Positions 26,626 to 35,354 of a DNA stretch of 64,000 nucleotides are shown here, piece by piece. Positions within the stretch are counted from its first letter, which is position 1; each line of letters starts with the position of its first letter. The position numbers were made by a program, and so were the translations under genes. The notes beneath the pieces were generated by a model that was not told the DNA's origin, ran no database searches, and saw only the letters and a program-made list of their open reading frames with translations. The stretch comes from Mesorhizobium sp. (GTDB lineage: Bacteria > Pseudomonadota > Alphaproteobacteria > Rhizobiales > Rhizobiaceae), in contig JAFKID010000012.1 in NCBI GenBank assembly GCA_017306545.1, positions 24,458 to 88,457 on the forward strand, given 5' to 3'.

Positions 26626-27645
26626 CTAATGATAGTGCTGCCGGCCGGCAGCAGCGCCGGGCGCCACGGCGTGGGCATGACTGTGGCCATGATCGTGATC
26701 GGCGCCGCCGTGGTGATGATCGTGATCCCCGTCGCCGTCGGCGCACGCGCCGTATTCGGATTCCACCGTGGCATGCTCGATGCCGTGTTCAGCCGCCAGC
26801 CGTGCCTTGATGGCGCTGACGGCGCCGTGCGCGTCGACCCCTTCGTTCAGGCATGCGTGCAGCGTGACCATGGTGCGGCTGCCGTCCATCGACCATACGT
26901 GCATATGGTGGACCTCCCGCACGCCCGCTACGTTCTGCTCGATGTCGCGCGCCACGCCGTCGCGGTCGAGATGCGGCGGCGTGCCTTCCAGAAGCACATG
27001 CGCGGCATCGCGCATCAGCCGCCATGCCGTCGCCAGGATCAGAAGGGCCACCAGAACCGACAGAATCGGGTCGATCGGCGTCCAACCGGTTGCCAGGATG
27101 ACCAGCGCCGCAGCGATCGCCGCCACTGAGCCCAACAGGTCGCCGAGCACATGCAGGATGGCGCCGCGCATATTCAGGCTGTCGCGGTCGCCGCCATGCA
27201 GGATGAGGAAGCCGGCGATGTTGACCACCAGCCCGAGCACGGCGACGACCAGCATCGGCCCGCCGAGGATCGGCGGCGGCGCCTGAAAGCGCTGCCAGGC
27301 CTCGTAGCAGATCCACAATGCGACAACGAAGATGGCAATGCCGTTGGTGTAGGCGACCAGCGTCTTGACCCGGCCGAAGCCGTAAGTCAGGCGGCTGTTG
27401 GCCGGCCGCTCGCCGAGGTGAAAGGCGTACCAGGCAAGCGCCAGCGCCAGCGAGTCGGTCAGCATGTGGCCGGCGTCGGCAAGCAGCGCCAGCGAGCCGG
27501 TCAGCCAGCCGCCGACCGCCTCCGCCACCATGAAGCCGCCGGTCAGGCAGGCGGCGAGCAGAACCCGGCGCTTGTCGGTCGAACCATGGACATGGCCCGC
27601 GCCATGGTCGTGCGAATGGCCCTCGTGGGAATGACCTTGCGCCAT
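26626..27645 (-). CDS. cation diffusion facilitator transporter (CzcD/ZitB-like)
   Basis: 339 aa. His-rich N- and C-termini, with LLADAGHMLTDSLAL and HVLGDLLGS CDF motifs. Confidence 0.9.
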   Translation of the reverse strand: MAQGHSHEGHSHDHGAGHVHGSTDKRRVLLAACLTGGFMVAEAVGGWLTGSLALLADAGHMLTDSLALALAWYAFHLGERPANSRLTYGFGRVKTLVAYTNGIAIFVVALWICYEAWQRFQAPPPILGGPMLVVAVLGLVVNIAGFLILHGGDRDSLNMRGAILHVLGDLLGSVAAIAAALVILATGWTPIDPILSVLVALLILATAWRLMRDAAHVLLEGTPPHLDRDGVARDIEQNVAGVREVHHMHVWSMDGSRTMVTLHACLNEGVDAHGAVSAIKARLAAEHGIEHATVESEYGACADGDGDHDHHHGGADHDHGHSHAHAVAPGAAAGRQHYH

Positions 27646-27685
27646 GATTGAACCTTTCGCGTAACAAAATAACCTTACGCCTCAA

Positions 27686-28360
27686 TCACTTACGGAAATC
27701 CTCGAGGCGTTTTTTCTGTACCCCCTCGCTGTCGAAGTTGCTAGGGGCGAGCCAGCCCTCATAGGCTTTTTTCAGCGCCGGCCATTCCTTGTCGATGATC
27801 GAGAACCAGGCCGTGTCGCGGTTCAGGCTCTTGACCACGCGGTCCTGGCGGAAAATGCCCTCGAAGGTGAAGCCGAACCGCTCGGCCGCCCGCTTGGAGG
27901 GACGGTTGTCGTTGTCGCACTTCCATTCGTAGCGCCGGTAGCCGAGTTCGTCGAAGGCATAGCGGGTGAACAGGAACTGCGCCTCGGTCGCCATCGGCGT
28001 GCGCGCCATCTGCGGCCCCCAATAGACGTTGCCGATCTCGATGACGCCATGCGTCGGCTCGATGCGCATCAGCGTCTGGCGCCCGACGGCCTTGCCGCTC
28101 GCCTTGTCGATGACGGCGAAGTGCAGCGGATCGGGACTGGCCTCGGCCTTCTCCAGCCAGGGCTGGAACTCGGCGCGCGTCTTCGGCGGATAGTCCGGCA
28201 GCCAGCGGAACCGTTCCATGGCATCGGGCACCGAGGAGGCCGCGAAAAGATCGTCCCCGTGCCTTGCCGCGCTCAACGGCTCCAGCCGGACCAGCCGCCC
28301 TTCCAGAATCTTGCGCTCGGGCCGCGGCCGCGGTTGCCAGTTTTTCAGATCTTCGGACAT
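27686..28360 (-). CDS. GNAT family N-acetyltransferase (RimJ/RimL-like)
   Basis: 224 aa from MSEDLKNW. The upstream part of the track ORF was rejected. Confidence 0.82.
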   Translation of the reverse strand: MSEDLKNWQPRPRPERKILEGRLVRLEPLSAARHGDDLFAASSVPDAMERFRWLPDYPPKTRAEFQPWLEKAEASPDPLHFAVIDKASGKAVGRQTLMRIEPTHGVIEIGNVYWGPQMARTPMATEAQFLFTRYAFDELGYRRYEWKCDNDNRPSKRAAERFGFTFEGIFRQDRVVKSLNRDTAWFSIIDKEWPALKKAYEGWLAPSNFDSEGVQKKRLEDFRK

Positions 28361-28445
28361 GGGAATGGCTTTCTGGAGTTTGACAGATGCCGCGCAGCCT
28401 CCCAAAAATGCCGGCCCGCCATTAGCGCCAATCTGGACCAACAAA

Positions 28446-29636
28446 ATGCTCCACACCATTGCTGCCTTCGACCGTCTCGGCGAGGAAAACGCCTTCGCCG
28501 TTCTGGCGCGGGCGACCGCGCTCGCCCATGAGGGCCGCGACATCGTCAACCTCGGCATTGGCCAGCCGGATTTCCGCACGCCCGACCATATCGTCGAGGC
28601 GGCGATCAAGGCGCTGCGCGACGGCCATCACGGCTACACGCCGGCCAACGGCCTTCTGGCGACGCGAGAGGCGGTGGTGCGCCGCACGCTGGCGACGACC
28701 GGCGTGGAGGTTTCGCCCGAGAGCGTGATGATCCTGCCCGGCGGCAAGCCGACCATGTTCGCCGCCATCCTGATGTTCGGCGAACCGGGCGCGGAAATCC
28801 TCTACCCCGACCCCGGCTTTCCCATCTACCGCTCGATGATCGAGTTCACCGGCGCAAAACCGGTGCCGGTGCCGATCTGCGAGGAAAACGGCTTTGCCTT
28901 CTCGGCGGAAGAGACGCTCTCCCTCATCACGCCGAAGACGCGGCTGCTGATCCTCAACTCACCTGCCAATCCGACCGGCGGCGTCACCCCGCGCGCCGAA
29001 ATCGAAAAACTGGTGAAGGGGCTGGAGAAGCATCCGCAAGTCGCCGTCCTGTCGGACGAAATCTACGACGTCATGACCTATGACGGCCAGAAACACACCT
29101 CGCTGCTGCAATTCCCCGAAATCCGCGACCGGCTGGTCGTGCTCAACGGCTGGTCGAAGACATGGGCGATGACCGGCTGGCGCATGGGCTGGTCGATCTG
29201 GCCGAACGGCGCAAAAGGCGCACATCTCTACGACAAGGTGCGCAAGCTGGCGGTCAACTGCTGGTCCTGCGTCAACGCGCCGAGCCAATATGCGGGCATC
29301 GCGGCCATCGATGGGCCGCAGGACGAAGTGGACAGGATGATGGCCGCCTTCGACCGCCGCCGGCGCGTCGTGGTGGAAGGGCTGAACGCCATTCCCGGCA
29401 TCTCCTGCATTACCCCGAAAGGCGCCTTCTACGCCTTCCCCAACGTCTCGGCCACCGGCCGCAAGGCCAAGGACCTGGCCTCGGCGCTGCTGGAGGAAGC
29501 CGGCGTGGCGTTGATCGGCGGGCCGGATTTCGGCGTGCTCGGCGAAGGCTACATGCGCCTGTCCTACGCCAATTCCGAGGAGAACATTTTACGCGCGCTG
29601 GAGCGCATCGAAGTGTTTCTGGGCAAAGCTCCGTAA
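28446..29636 (+). CDS. pyridoxal-phosphate-dependent aminotransferase (class I, aspartate aminotransferase-like)
   Basis: 396 aa from MLHTIAAFDRLGEENAF. It contains the NSPANPTG motif and SKTWAMTGWRMG (PLP lysine motif). Confidence 0.9.
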   Translation: MLHTIAAFDRLGEENAFAVLARATALAHEGRDIVNLGIGQPDFRTPDHIVEAAIKALRDGHHGYTPANGLLATREAVVRRTLATTGVEVSPESVMILPGGKPTMFAAILMFGEPGAEILYPDPGFPIYRSMIEFTGAKPVPVPICEENGFAFSAEETLSLITPKTRLLILNSPANPTGGVTPRAEIEKLVKGLEKHPQVAVLSDEIYDVMTYDGQKHTSLLQFPEIRDRLVVLNGWSKTWAMTGWRMGWSIWPNGAKGAHLYDKVRKLAVNCWSCVNAPSQYAGIAAIDGPQDEVDRMMAAFDRRRRVVVEGLNAIPGISCITPKGAFYAFPNVSATGRKAKDLASALLEEAGVALIGGPDFGVLGEGYMRLSYANSEENILRALERIEVFLGKAP

Positions 29637-29639
29637 GCT

Positions 29640-30515
29640 CTAAACCCGCTTCTCGAACCAGTGGTCGGCGTAAGGATTGTCGTTGTAGCGGCCGATCTCG
29701 CCATAGCCGCGCTTGAGGTACATGGCCTTCGCCTCGGTCAGCGTCCGGTTTGTATCGAGAAGCACGCGCCGGCAGCCGATCTCGCCGGCCAGCGCCTCCA
29801 GCCGGTTCATCAGCCGCCCGGCGACGCCCATGCCGCGCGCGGCGGGCGAAACCCACACCCGCTTGATCTCGCCGGTCGTCGCGTCGAGGCGCTTAAACGC
29901 GCCGCAGCCGATCGCCTCGCCATCCAGCCGGGCAAGCAGGAGCCAGCCGACAGGCGGGGTCATGTCGGCCGCGCCGAAGGAGCCGCCTTCGAAACCGCCT
30001 TCGAAGCGCTCGGCCAGTTCGGCGATATAGGCATCGAGACAACGGCGAGCGTCGAGGCTGCCCGCGTCTTCCGGCGCGATCGTCACAGCAGCCGATCGCA
30101 GAAGCCCCTCCACCTCGCCCATCGCGGCAACCAGACGCCGCCGCTGCGCGTCCCCCAGCGGCGCTAGAAGATCGCGGGCGAAAGCGTCGGACAGCGTGTC
30201 GTAGGCGGCAAACTCCTCCCTGCCCTTTTCCGTCAGCACGACGTCTCGGGCGCGCCCGTCCTCCCGGCTTTTTTTCAACTCGACAACGCCCTGACCTTCG
30301 AGCGAACGCAGCAGACGGCTGAGATAGCCGGAATCGAGGCCGAGTCGCTGGCGCAACGCCGCGAGATCGGTCGCACCTGAGTTGCCGAGTTCGAAGATCA
30401 GCCGCGCCTCGCCGAGCGGCCGCCCGCGCGCCAGATAGCTGTCGCCCAGCGCGCCGATGCGCTGGGTGACGAGCCGGTTGAAGCGGCGGACTTGCTGGAT
30501 GTCCTGCGATTGCAT
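29640..30515 (-). CDS. MarR-family HTH fused to GNAT acetyltransferase
   Basis: 291 aa. N-terminal winged helix (LSRLLRSLEGQGVVEL) and C-terminal GNAT domain (RVWVSPAARGMGVAGRLMNRLE). Confidence 0.85.
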   Translation of the reverse strand: MQSQDIQQVRRFNRLVTQRIGALGDSYLARGRPLGEARLIFELGNSGATDLAALRQRLGLDSGYLSRLLRSLEGQGVVELKKSREDGRARDVVLTEKGREEFAAYDTLSDAFARDLLAPLGDAQRRRLVAAMGEVEGLLRSAAVTIAPEDAGSLDARRCLDAYIAELAERFEGGFEGGSFGAADMTPPVGWLLLARLDGEAIGCGAFKRLDATTGEIKRVWVSPAARGMGVAGRLMNRLEALAGEIGCRRVLLDTNRTLTEAKAMYLKRGYGEIGRYNDNPYADHWFEKRV

Positions 30516-30535
30516 TACCTGACTTTAGTCAGGTA
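30516..30535. promoter_or_regulatory. perfect palindrome, putative MarR operator
   Basis: TACCTGACT-TT-AGTCAGGTA begins at the base immediately upstream of the MarR-GNAT ATG (30515). Confidence 0.5.
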
Positions 30536-30596
30536 TTTTCCGCCATGCAAGAGCGGGACCGCGTAAGACCGAGATCGGACGAAGCGGCGCCAGGCC

Positions 30597-31352
30597 TCAA
30601 CCCCGCCCGACATAGGGCATCTTGGTCGCCATCACCGTCATGAACAGCACGTTGGCGTCGAGCGGCAGGCCGGCCATATGCAGCACGGCGTCGGCGACGT
30701 GCCGCACGTCCATCACCGCTTCGGCGGCAACCGTGCCGTTGGCCTGCGGCACGCCCACCGTCATCGGCACGGCCATGTCGGTCAGCGCATTGCCGATGTC
30801 GATCTGCCCGCAGGCGATATCGAAGGGCCGCCCGTCCAGCGCCAGCGTTTTCGTCAGGCCGGTGATGGCGTGCTTGGTGGCGGTGTAGGGCACCGAGCCC
30901 GGCCGCGGCGCATAGGCCGACACCGAACCGTTGTTGACGATGCGCCCGCCCTGTGGCGTCTGCCGGCGCATCTGGCGGAAGGCGGCACGCGCGCACAGGA
31001 AGGAACCGGTGAGGTTCACCCCCACCACGTCGTTCCACACCTCGACCGGAATTTCGTCGATCGGCGTCGACTTGTAGCCCATGCCGGCATTGTTGAAGAG
31101 CAGGTCGACGCGGCCGAACGTCTCGACCGCCTTTGCAAACAACGCGTCCACCTCGTCGGCCTTGCTGATGTCGCAGGCAACCGCCAGCCCTTGCCCTTGC
31201 GTTGGGCCCGCGGCGGCGATCGCCTCGTCCAACAGGGCCTTGCGGCGGCCGCAGAACACCGTGTTCCATCCGGCGCTCAGCAACGCGCCGGCGACGGCCT
31301 TGCCGATGCCGGTGCCCGCGCCGGTGACGATGGCTGTCTTGCTCGCGCTCAT
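30597..31352 (-). CDS. short-chain dehydrogenase/reductase
   Basis: 251 aa from [19 protein letters not shown], with a NNAG motif. GGGAGGA SD lies upstream. Confidence 0.9.
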   Translation of the reverse strand: MSASKTAIVTGAGTGIGKAVAGALLSAGWNTVFCGRRKALLDEAIAAAGPTQGQGLAVACDISKADEVDALFAKAVETFGRVDLLFNNAGMGYKSTPIDEIPVEVWNDVVGVNLTGSFLCARAAFRQMRRQTPQGGRIVNNGSVSAYAPRPGSVPYTATKHAITGLTKTLALDGRPFDIACGQIDIGNALTDMAVPMTVGVPQANGTVAAEAVMDVRHVADAVLHMAGLPLDANVLFMTVMATKMPYVGRG

Positions 31353-31421
31353 GAGATCCTCCCGAAACGACCGTGGCATCGCAGATGCCGCCGCCGCTGG
31401 CAAGCCGCTCGCGGACCGCCG

Positions 31422-31453
31422 CACAAAAAGGGCGGTCATTGGCGACCGCCCTC
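31422..31453 (-). terminator. intrinsic terminator (minus strand)
   Basis: On the minus strand: AGGGCGGTC-GCCAAT-GACCGCCCT followed by TTTTTGTG. Confidence 0.8.
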
Positions 31454-31500
31454 AATCTGAACCGGCTTGGGAGGAGGAAAACCGATCCGACTGGTAAAAG
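31422..31500 (-). ncRNA. candidate small RNA with CCUCCUCCC loop (5' end undefined)
   Basis: On the minus strand, a hairpin GAUCGGUU...AAGCCGGUU has an 11-nt loop UUCCUCCUCCC and is followed by the terminator. A perfect CtrA box lies just upstream and there is no ORF. It could instead be the terB 3' UTR. Confidence 0.3.
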
Positions 31501-31515
31501 GATGCGCTTGTTGGG

Positions 31516-31531
31516 TTAACGAAAGATTAAC
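31516..31531. promoter_or_regulatory. perfect CtrA box TTAA-N7-TTAAC
   Basis: GTTAACGAAAGATTAACG reads TTAA-N7-TTAAC on both strands. It is intergenic, between the terB stop and the SDR start. Confidence 0.45.
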
Positions 31532-31544
31532 GCCGAAAGCCGCC

Positions 31545-32261
31545 CTATGCCGCAGGCACCTTCGCCGCCGACACCGTCGCCTCGATATGATCGACCAGCC
31601 CATCCGGCAGGCCGAGGCGCCCGGCGAGCAAGTCGAGATAGCCGCGTTCGGCGCGCGTGTCGGGCTCGATCGCCAGCCGCGAGGCGGTGTAGAGTTCGAC
31701 CTTCTGCGCTTCCGTCCGCGCCGAGGCGACCAGCGCATCGAGGTCAAGCGGCGCTTCGAGTTCCTTGCGCAGGAACGCTTCCGCCTCGCCGCCGATGCCC
31801 GACAGGCTGAGCCTGTCGGCGATCCGCTTGCGTTCCTCGTCATCGATGCGGCCGTCCGCCTTGGCCGCCGCGATCATCGCGCGCACCAGCACCAGCGCGA
31901 ATTCGTCCTCGCCCTGCGGCGCCGATGCCGGGTGGAATTCCGTGCCGGCGGGCGGCGGCAGAAGCTCCGGCTGGCGCGGCGTCGGCGCGGTGCCTTCGGC
32001 CGGCTGATCGCCGCTCTTGTAGTTCTGGTAGGCCTTGTAGGCGAGCCCGCCGATGGCGGCGATGCCGCCGAGCCTGATCGCCGCGCCGGTCAGCTGCCGG
32101 CCGGCGCCGGTGCCGAGCAGCACGGCGGCCAGCGCGCCGGCGGCCAGCGGATTGTCCTTCGCCATCTGCACCGCCTGCCCGGCCTTGTCGCGCACGGTGC
32201 CTTCCGTACCGGGGATTTTCGCGCCGAGCAGGTCGTCGAGCAGTTTCTTGGGATCCAGCAT
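31545..32261 (-). CDS. TerB-family / DUF533 inner-membrane-associated protein
   Basis: 238 aa from MLDPKKLLDDLLG. Gly/Ala-rich hydrophobic segment, then a TerB-like domain (AMIAAAKADGRIDDEERKRI). Confidence 0.82.
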   Translation of the reverse strand: MLDPKKLLDDLLGAKIPGTEGTVRDKAGQAVQMAKDNPLAAGALAAVLLGTGAGRQLTGAAIRLGGIAAIGGLAYKAYQNYKSGDQPAEGTAPTPRQPELLPPPAGTEFHPASAPQGEDEFALVLVRAMIAAAKADGRIDDEERKRIADRLSLSGIGGEAEAFLRKELEAPLDLDALVASARTEAQKVELYTASRLAIEPDTRAERGYLDLLAGRLGLPDGLVDHIEATVSAAKVPAA

Positions 32262-32274
32262 CAAGGTCTCCGGG

Positions 32275-33312
32275 TCATGCGCCGTCGGCGCGCGGCAGGG
32301 ATGGTTTGCCCAGCAGACATAGGGACCCGGATGGTCGCTTTCCACCCGAAGCCGCGCCAAGCGCTGCCTTGAGCCCTGCCCTGCCGGATCGGCCGCCGAT
32401 ATGCGATGCCGCGCCGCGCTTGCGGGCAAGGTCCACCTGCCGCTGCCGCTCGGCGTAGCGGCCGCGGTCGGCCTCGGAGCGCTCGTCATGGCAGGCGGCA
32501 CAGGAAATACCGGCGACATAATGCGGCGACTTCCGGTCCTGCGGCGTCAGGGGGCGGCGGCAAGCCCGGCAAAGCTCCGCTTCGCCTTCCTGCAACCCGT
32601 GCGTCACCGAAACCCGCTCGTCGAAGACGAAGCATTCGCCGTCCCACAGGCTTTCCGCTTGCGGCACATCCTCCAGATATTTCAGGATGCCGCCCTTGAG
32701 GTGGAACACGTCATCGATGCCGAGCGCCTTCACATAGGCCGTCGCCTTCTCGCAGCGTATGCCGCCGGTGCAGAACATGGCGACCTTGCGGCCGGCAAGG
32801 GCGCCTCGATGCCGCTCCACCCAGTCGGGGAACTGCCGAAAGCTTTCCGTCGCCGGATCGACCGCGCCACGAAAGCTGCCCAGCGAAACCTCGTAGGCGT
32901 TGCGCGTGTCAATGACCACCGTGTCGGGATCGGAGATCAGCGCGTTCCAGTCCGCCGGTTCGACATAGGTGCCGACGCTCAGTGTCGGGTCGATGCCTTC
33001 GACCCCCATGGTGACGATCTCGCGCTTCAGCCTCACCTTCATGCGATGGAACGGCATTTCGGCCGCGTGGCTGTATTTGACGTCCAGCCCTGCCATGCCC
33101 GGCATCGCTTCCAGATGAGCGACCAGTGCGGCGACGGCGTCGGCGCTGCCCGCCACCGTGCCGTTGATGCCTTCGGCCGCGACGAGCAGCGTGCCCTTGA
33201 TGCCATGGCCGGCGCAGAAGGCGGCCAGCGACGCCTTCAACGCCTCGTTCGCGTCCAGCCGGCAGAACCGGTAAAGCGCGGCGACGTGGAACGGAACGGG
33301 GGACAAATCCAT
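32275..33312 (-). CDS. trhO: rhodanese-related sulfurtransferase, TrhO/YceA-like tRNA U34 hydroxylase
   Basis: 345 aa from [16 protein letters not shown]. Rhodanese loop [10 protein letters not shown] and a C-terminal Cys-rich segment. Confidence 0.82.
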   Translation of the reverse strand: MDLSPVPFHVAALYRFCRLDANEALKASLAAFCAGHGIKGTLLVAAEGINGTVAGSADAVAALVAHLEAMPGMAGLDVKYSHAAEMPFHRMKVRLKREIVTMGVEGIDPTLSVGTYVEPADWNALISDPDTVVIDTRNAYEVSLGSFRGAVDPATESFRQFPDWVERHRGALAGRKVAMFCTGGIRCEKATAYVKALGIDDVFHLKGGILKYLEDVPQAESLWDGECFVFDERVSVTHGLQEGEAELCRACRRPLTPQDRKSPHYVAGISCAACHDERSEADRGRYAERQRQVDLARKRGAASHIGGRSGRAGLKAALGAASGGKRPSGSLCLLGKPSLPRADGA

Positions 33313-33494
33313 GGTCCTGCCCGTACCCGCTCGCCAGGACGGTTTCAAGCCGCGTCGGATTCGTTTCGAAATACAAGGTCTTGTCAAAACCGGCGAAGCG
33401 GGCAAAGTCCGCCGGACGGGATTCCACGGCTTCCGTTTATCCCCGCTACGCCGCCAGCGGCGATACTCACGCGGCCGGCAAGGAGGCGGTCGCA

Positions 33495-34406
33495 ATGTTC
33501 AGCAAGGACGTCGTCAAGGAAATTACCGAGGCAGCCGGAGCGCTCGGCCTGGAGCCGGCCTCGCTGCTGGCGGTCGCCGAGGTCGAAAGCAACGGCCAGG
33601 CCTTTGCCGTCGTCGCCGGCCGCCGCGAGCCGCTGATCCGTTTCGAAGGCCACTATTTCGACCGGCGGCTCGACGAAACCCGGCGCGCACTGGCGCGGGA
33701 AAAGGGGCTTGCCTCGCCGGTCGCCGGCGCCGTCGCCAACCCTGCCACGCAGGAAGCGCGCTGGCGCATGCTCGAGGAAGCGGCGGCCATCGACGCCAAG
33801 GCCGCTTACGAATCGGTTTCGTGGGGGCTCGGACAGGTGATGGGCGCGCACTGGGAATGGCTCGGCTATGCCGGCGTCCAGGCGCTGATGGCGGAAGCGC
33901 GCGCAAGCGTCGCCGGTCAGGTGCGGCTGATGGCCCGCTACATCGAAAAAGCCGGGCTGGCGGCGGCACTGCGCGATTGCGACTGGGACGCCTTCGCGCG
34001 CGGCTACAACGGCCCCGCCTACAAGCAATACGGTTACGACGACAAGATCGCCGCCGCCTATGCGCGCTACGGCGGGAAAAGCCCCCGCAAGGCCGGCTCC
34101 GCCGTCGGCGGCGAGGCCGCGTCGGCTCCGCTCCTACTCGGTCGCGGCGCCAAGGGCGAAGCCGTGGCCGATTTGCAGCGGCAACTGGTTTCGCTCGGCT
34201 ATCCGCTTACAGCCGATGGCGCCTTCGGTCCGGCAACGGCCGAGGCCGTCATGCGCTTCCAAAAGGCCAGCGGCCTGCGGGCGGACGGCATCGCCGGCCC
34301 GGCGACGCAGGCCGCCCTTCGCACCGCCCTGGCCAAGGGCAGCCCGTTCGCCCGGCTTTGGAACTGGTTCAGGCGAAAGTTCGCCGGTCTCGCCGGGGGA
34401 ACCTGA
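33495..34406 (+). CDS. N-acetylmuramidase (DUF3380/endolysin-like) with C-terminal PG_binding_1 domain
   Basis: 303 aa counted from the ATG after AGGAGG. Muramidase-like core ([12 protein letters not shown]...[18 protein letters not shown]) and a PG-binding repeat ([22 protein letters not shown]). No signal peptide is apparent. Confidence 0.8.
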   Translation: MFSKDVVKEITEAAGALGLEPASLLAVAEVESNGQAFAVVAGRREPLIRFEGHYFDRRLDETRRALAREKGLASPVAGAVANPATQEARWRMLEEAAAIDAKAAYESVSWGLGQVMGAHWEWLGYAGVQALMAEARASVAGQVRLMARYIEKAGLAAALRDCDWDAFARGYNGPAYKQYGYDDKIAAAYARYGGKSPRKAGSAVGGEAASAPLLLGRGAKGEAVADLQRQLVSLGYPLTADGAFGPATAEAVMRFQKASGLRADGIAGPATQAALRTALAKGSPFARLWNWFRRKFAGLAGGT

Positions 34407-34506
34407 TGCGGACAGCGCGTGGACTTCACCGGGCCGGTCTGCTAGACGAACGCTAAATCGGTTGAAAGCGGTTTCGACCGGATGGAAGCGGCACCGGAGG
34501 CCCGAT

Positions 34507-35166
34507 ATGGCGACCAAAACTGGGGCGACCAAGACCGAAAGGCTGCTTGCCCTGCTGGACGGCCAGCCCGTCATTCCGGTGCTGAAGATCGCCGATGTGA
34601 CGCAGGCGGTGCCGCTGGCGCGTGCGCTCGCCCGCGGCGGGCTGAAGGCGATCGAGATTACCTTGCGCACGCCGGACGCGCTGGAGTGCATTCGCCGCGT
34701 CGCGGCCGAAGTGCCGGAAGCGGTGGTGGGTGCCGGCACCATTCTTTCCGCCGCCCAGTTCGGCGAGGCGGCCAGGGCCGGCTCGCAATTCATCGTCAGC
34801 CCCGGCATCACGCGCGAACTGCTTGCCGCGGCGAAGGACAGCGAGGTGCCGCTGCTGCCGGGCGCCATCACGCCGGGCGAAATCATGGCCGCGCGCGAAG
34901 CGGGGCTGGATTTTCTAAAGTTTTTTCCGGCCGAACAGGCCGGCGGAGCGGCCTTCCTGAAGGCGCTCGCCTCGCCGATCGCCGACGTGAAATTCTGCCC
35001 GACCGGCGGCATCGGCCCGAAGAACGCCGCCGACTATCTTGCCCTGCCCAACGTGCTGTGCGTCGGCGGCTCGTGGGTGGCGCCCGACGACATGGTTCAG
35101 GCCGGCCGCTGGGACGCCATCGAGGCACTGGCGCGCGACGCGAACGCCTTGCGCAAGACCCGCTGA
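34507..35166 (+). CDS. eda: KDPG / KHG aldolase Eda
   Basis: 219 aa with PVLKIADV...AIEITLRTP...LKFFPAE...FCPTGG motifs. Confidence 0.92.
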   Translation: MATKTGATKTERLLALLDGQPVIPVLKIADVTQAVPLARALARGGLKAIEITLRTPDALECIRRVAAEVPEAVVGAGTILSAAQFGEAARAGSQFIVSPGITRELLAAAKDSEVPLLPGAITPGEIMAAREAGLDFLKFFPAEQAGGAAFLKALASPIADVKFCPTGGIGPKNAADYLALPNVLCVGGSWVAPDDMVQAGRWDAIEALARDANALRKTR

Positions 35167-35192
35167 CCCGCGGCCGTCACCGCAGAAAGACA

Positions 35193-35230
35193 AAAGCCGC
35201 AACGGACCTTCCGCTGCGGCTTTCTCTTTG
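35193..35230. terminator. bidirectional intrinsic terminator
   Basis: AAAGCCGCA(A)CGG / CCG(C)TGCGGCTTT stem, T-rich on both sides. It lies between convergent eda and the DUF882 gene. Confidence 0.8.
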
Positions 35231-35354
35231 ACATTTTCCCGGCGAGCGCGCCTCGGAACGATCCCGGTTTCATCGCGCCACGCGGAACCGTTCGGCCTCT
35301 TTGCCTCAGCTCATTCCCAAGGCGCGGACCCGCGCCGCGCCTTGCTGAAACGCC

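Noticed and set aside
34060-34506. N-terminal extension of the eda ORF overlapping the muramidase gene. Similar 5' extensions occur in track ORFs 28218, 27686..28609, 30597..31439, 31545..32519, 32275..33495 and 58417..59991.
   Set aside because: The extensions are low-complexity, overlap neighbouring genes, and lie upstream of internal starts that have SD sequences and family-typical N-termini.
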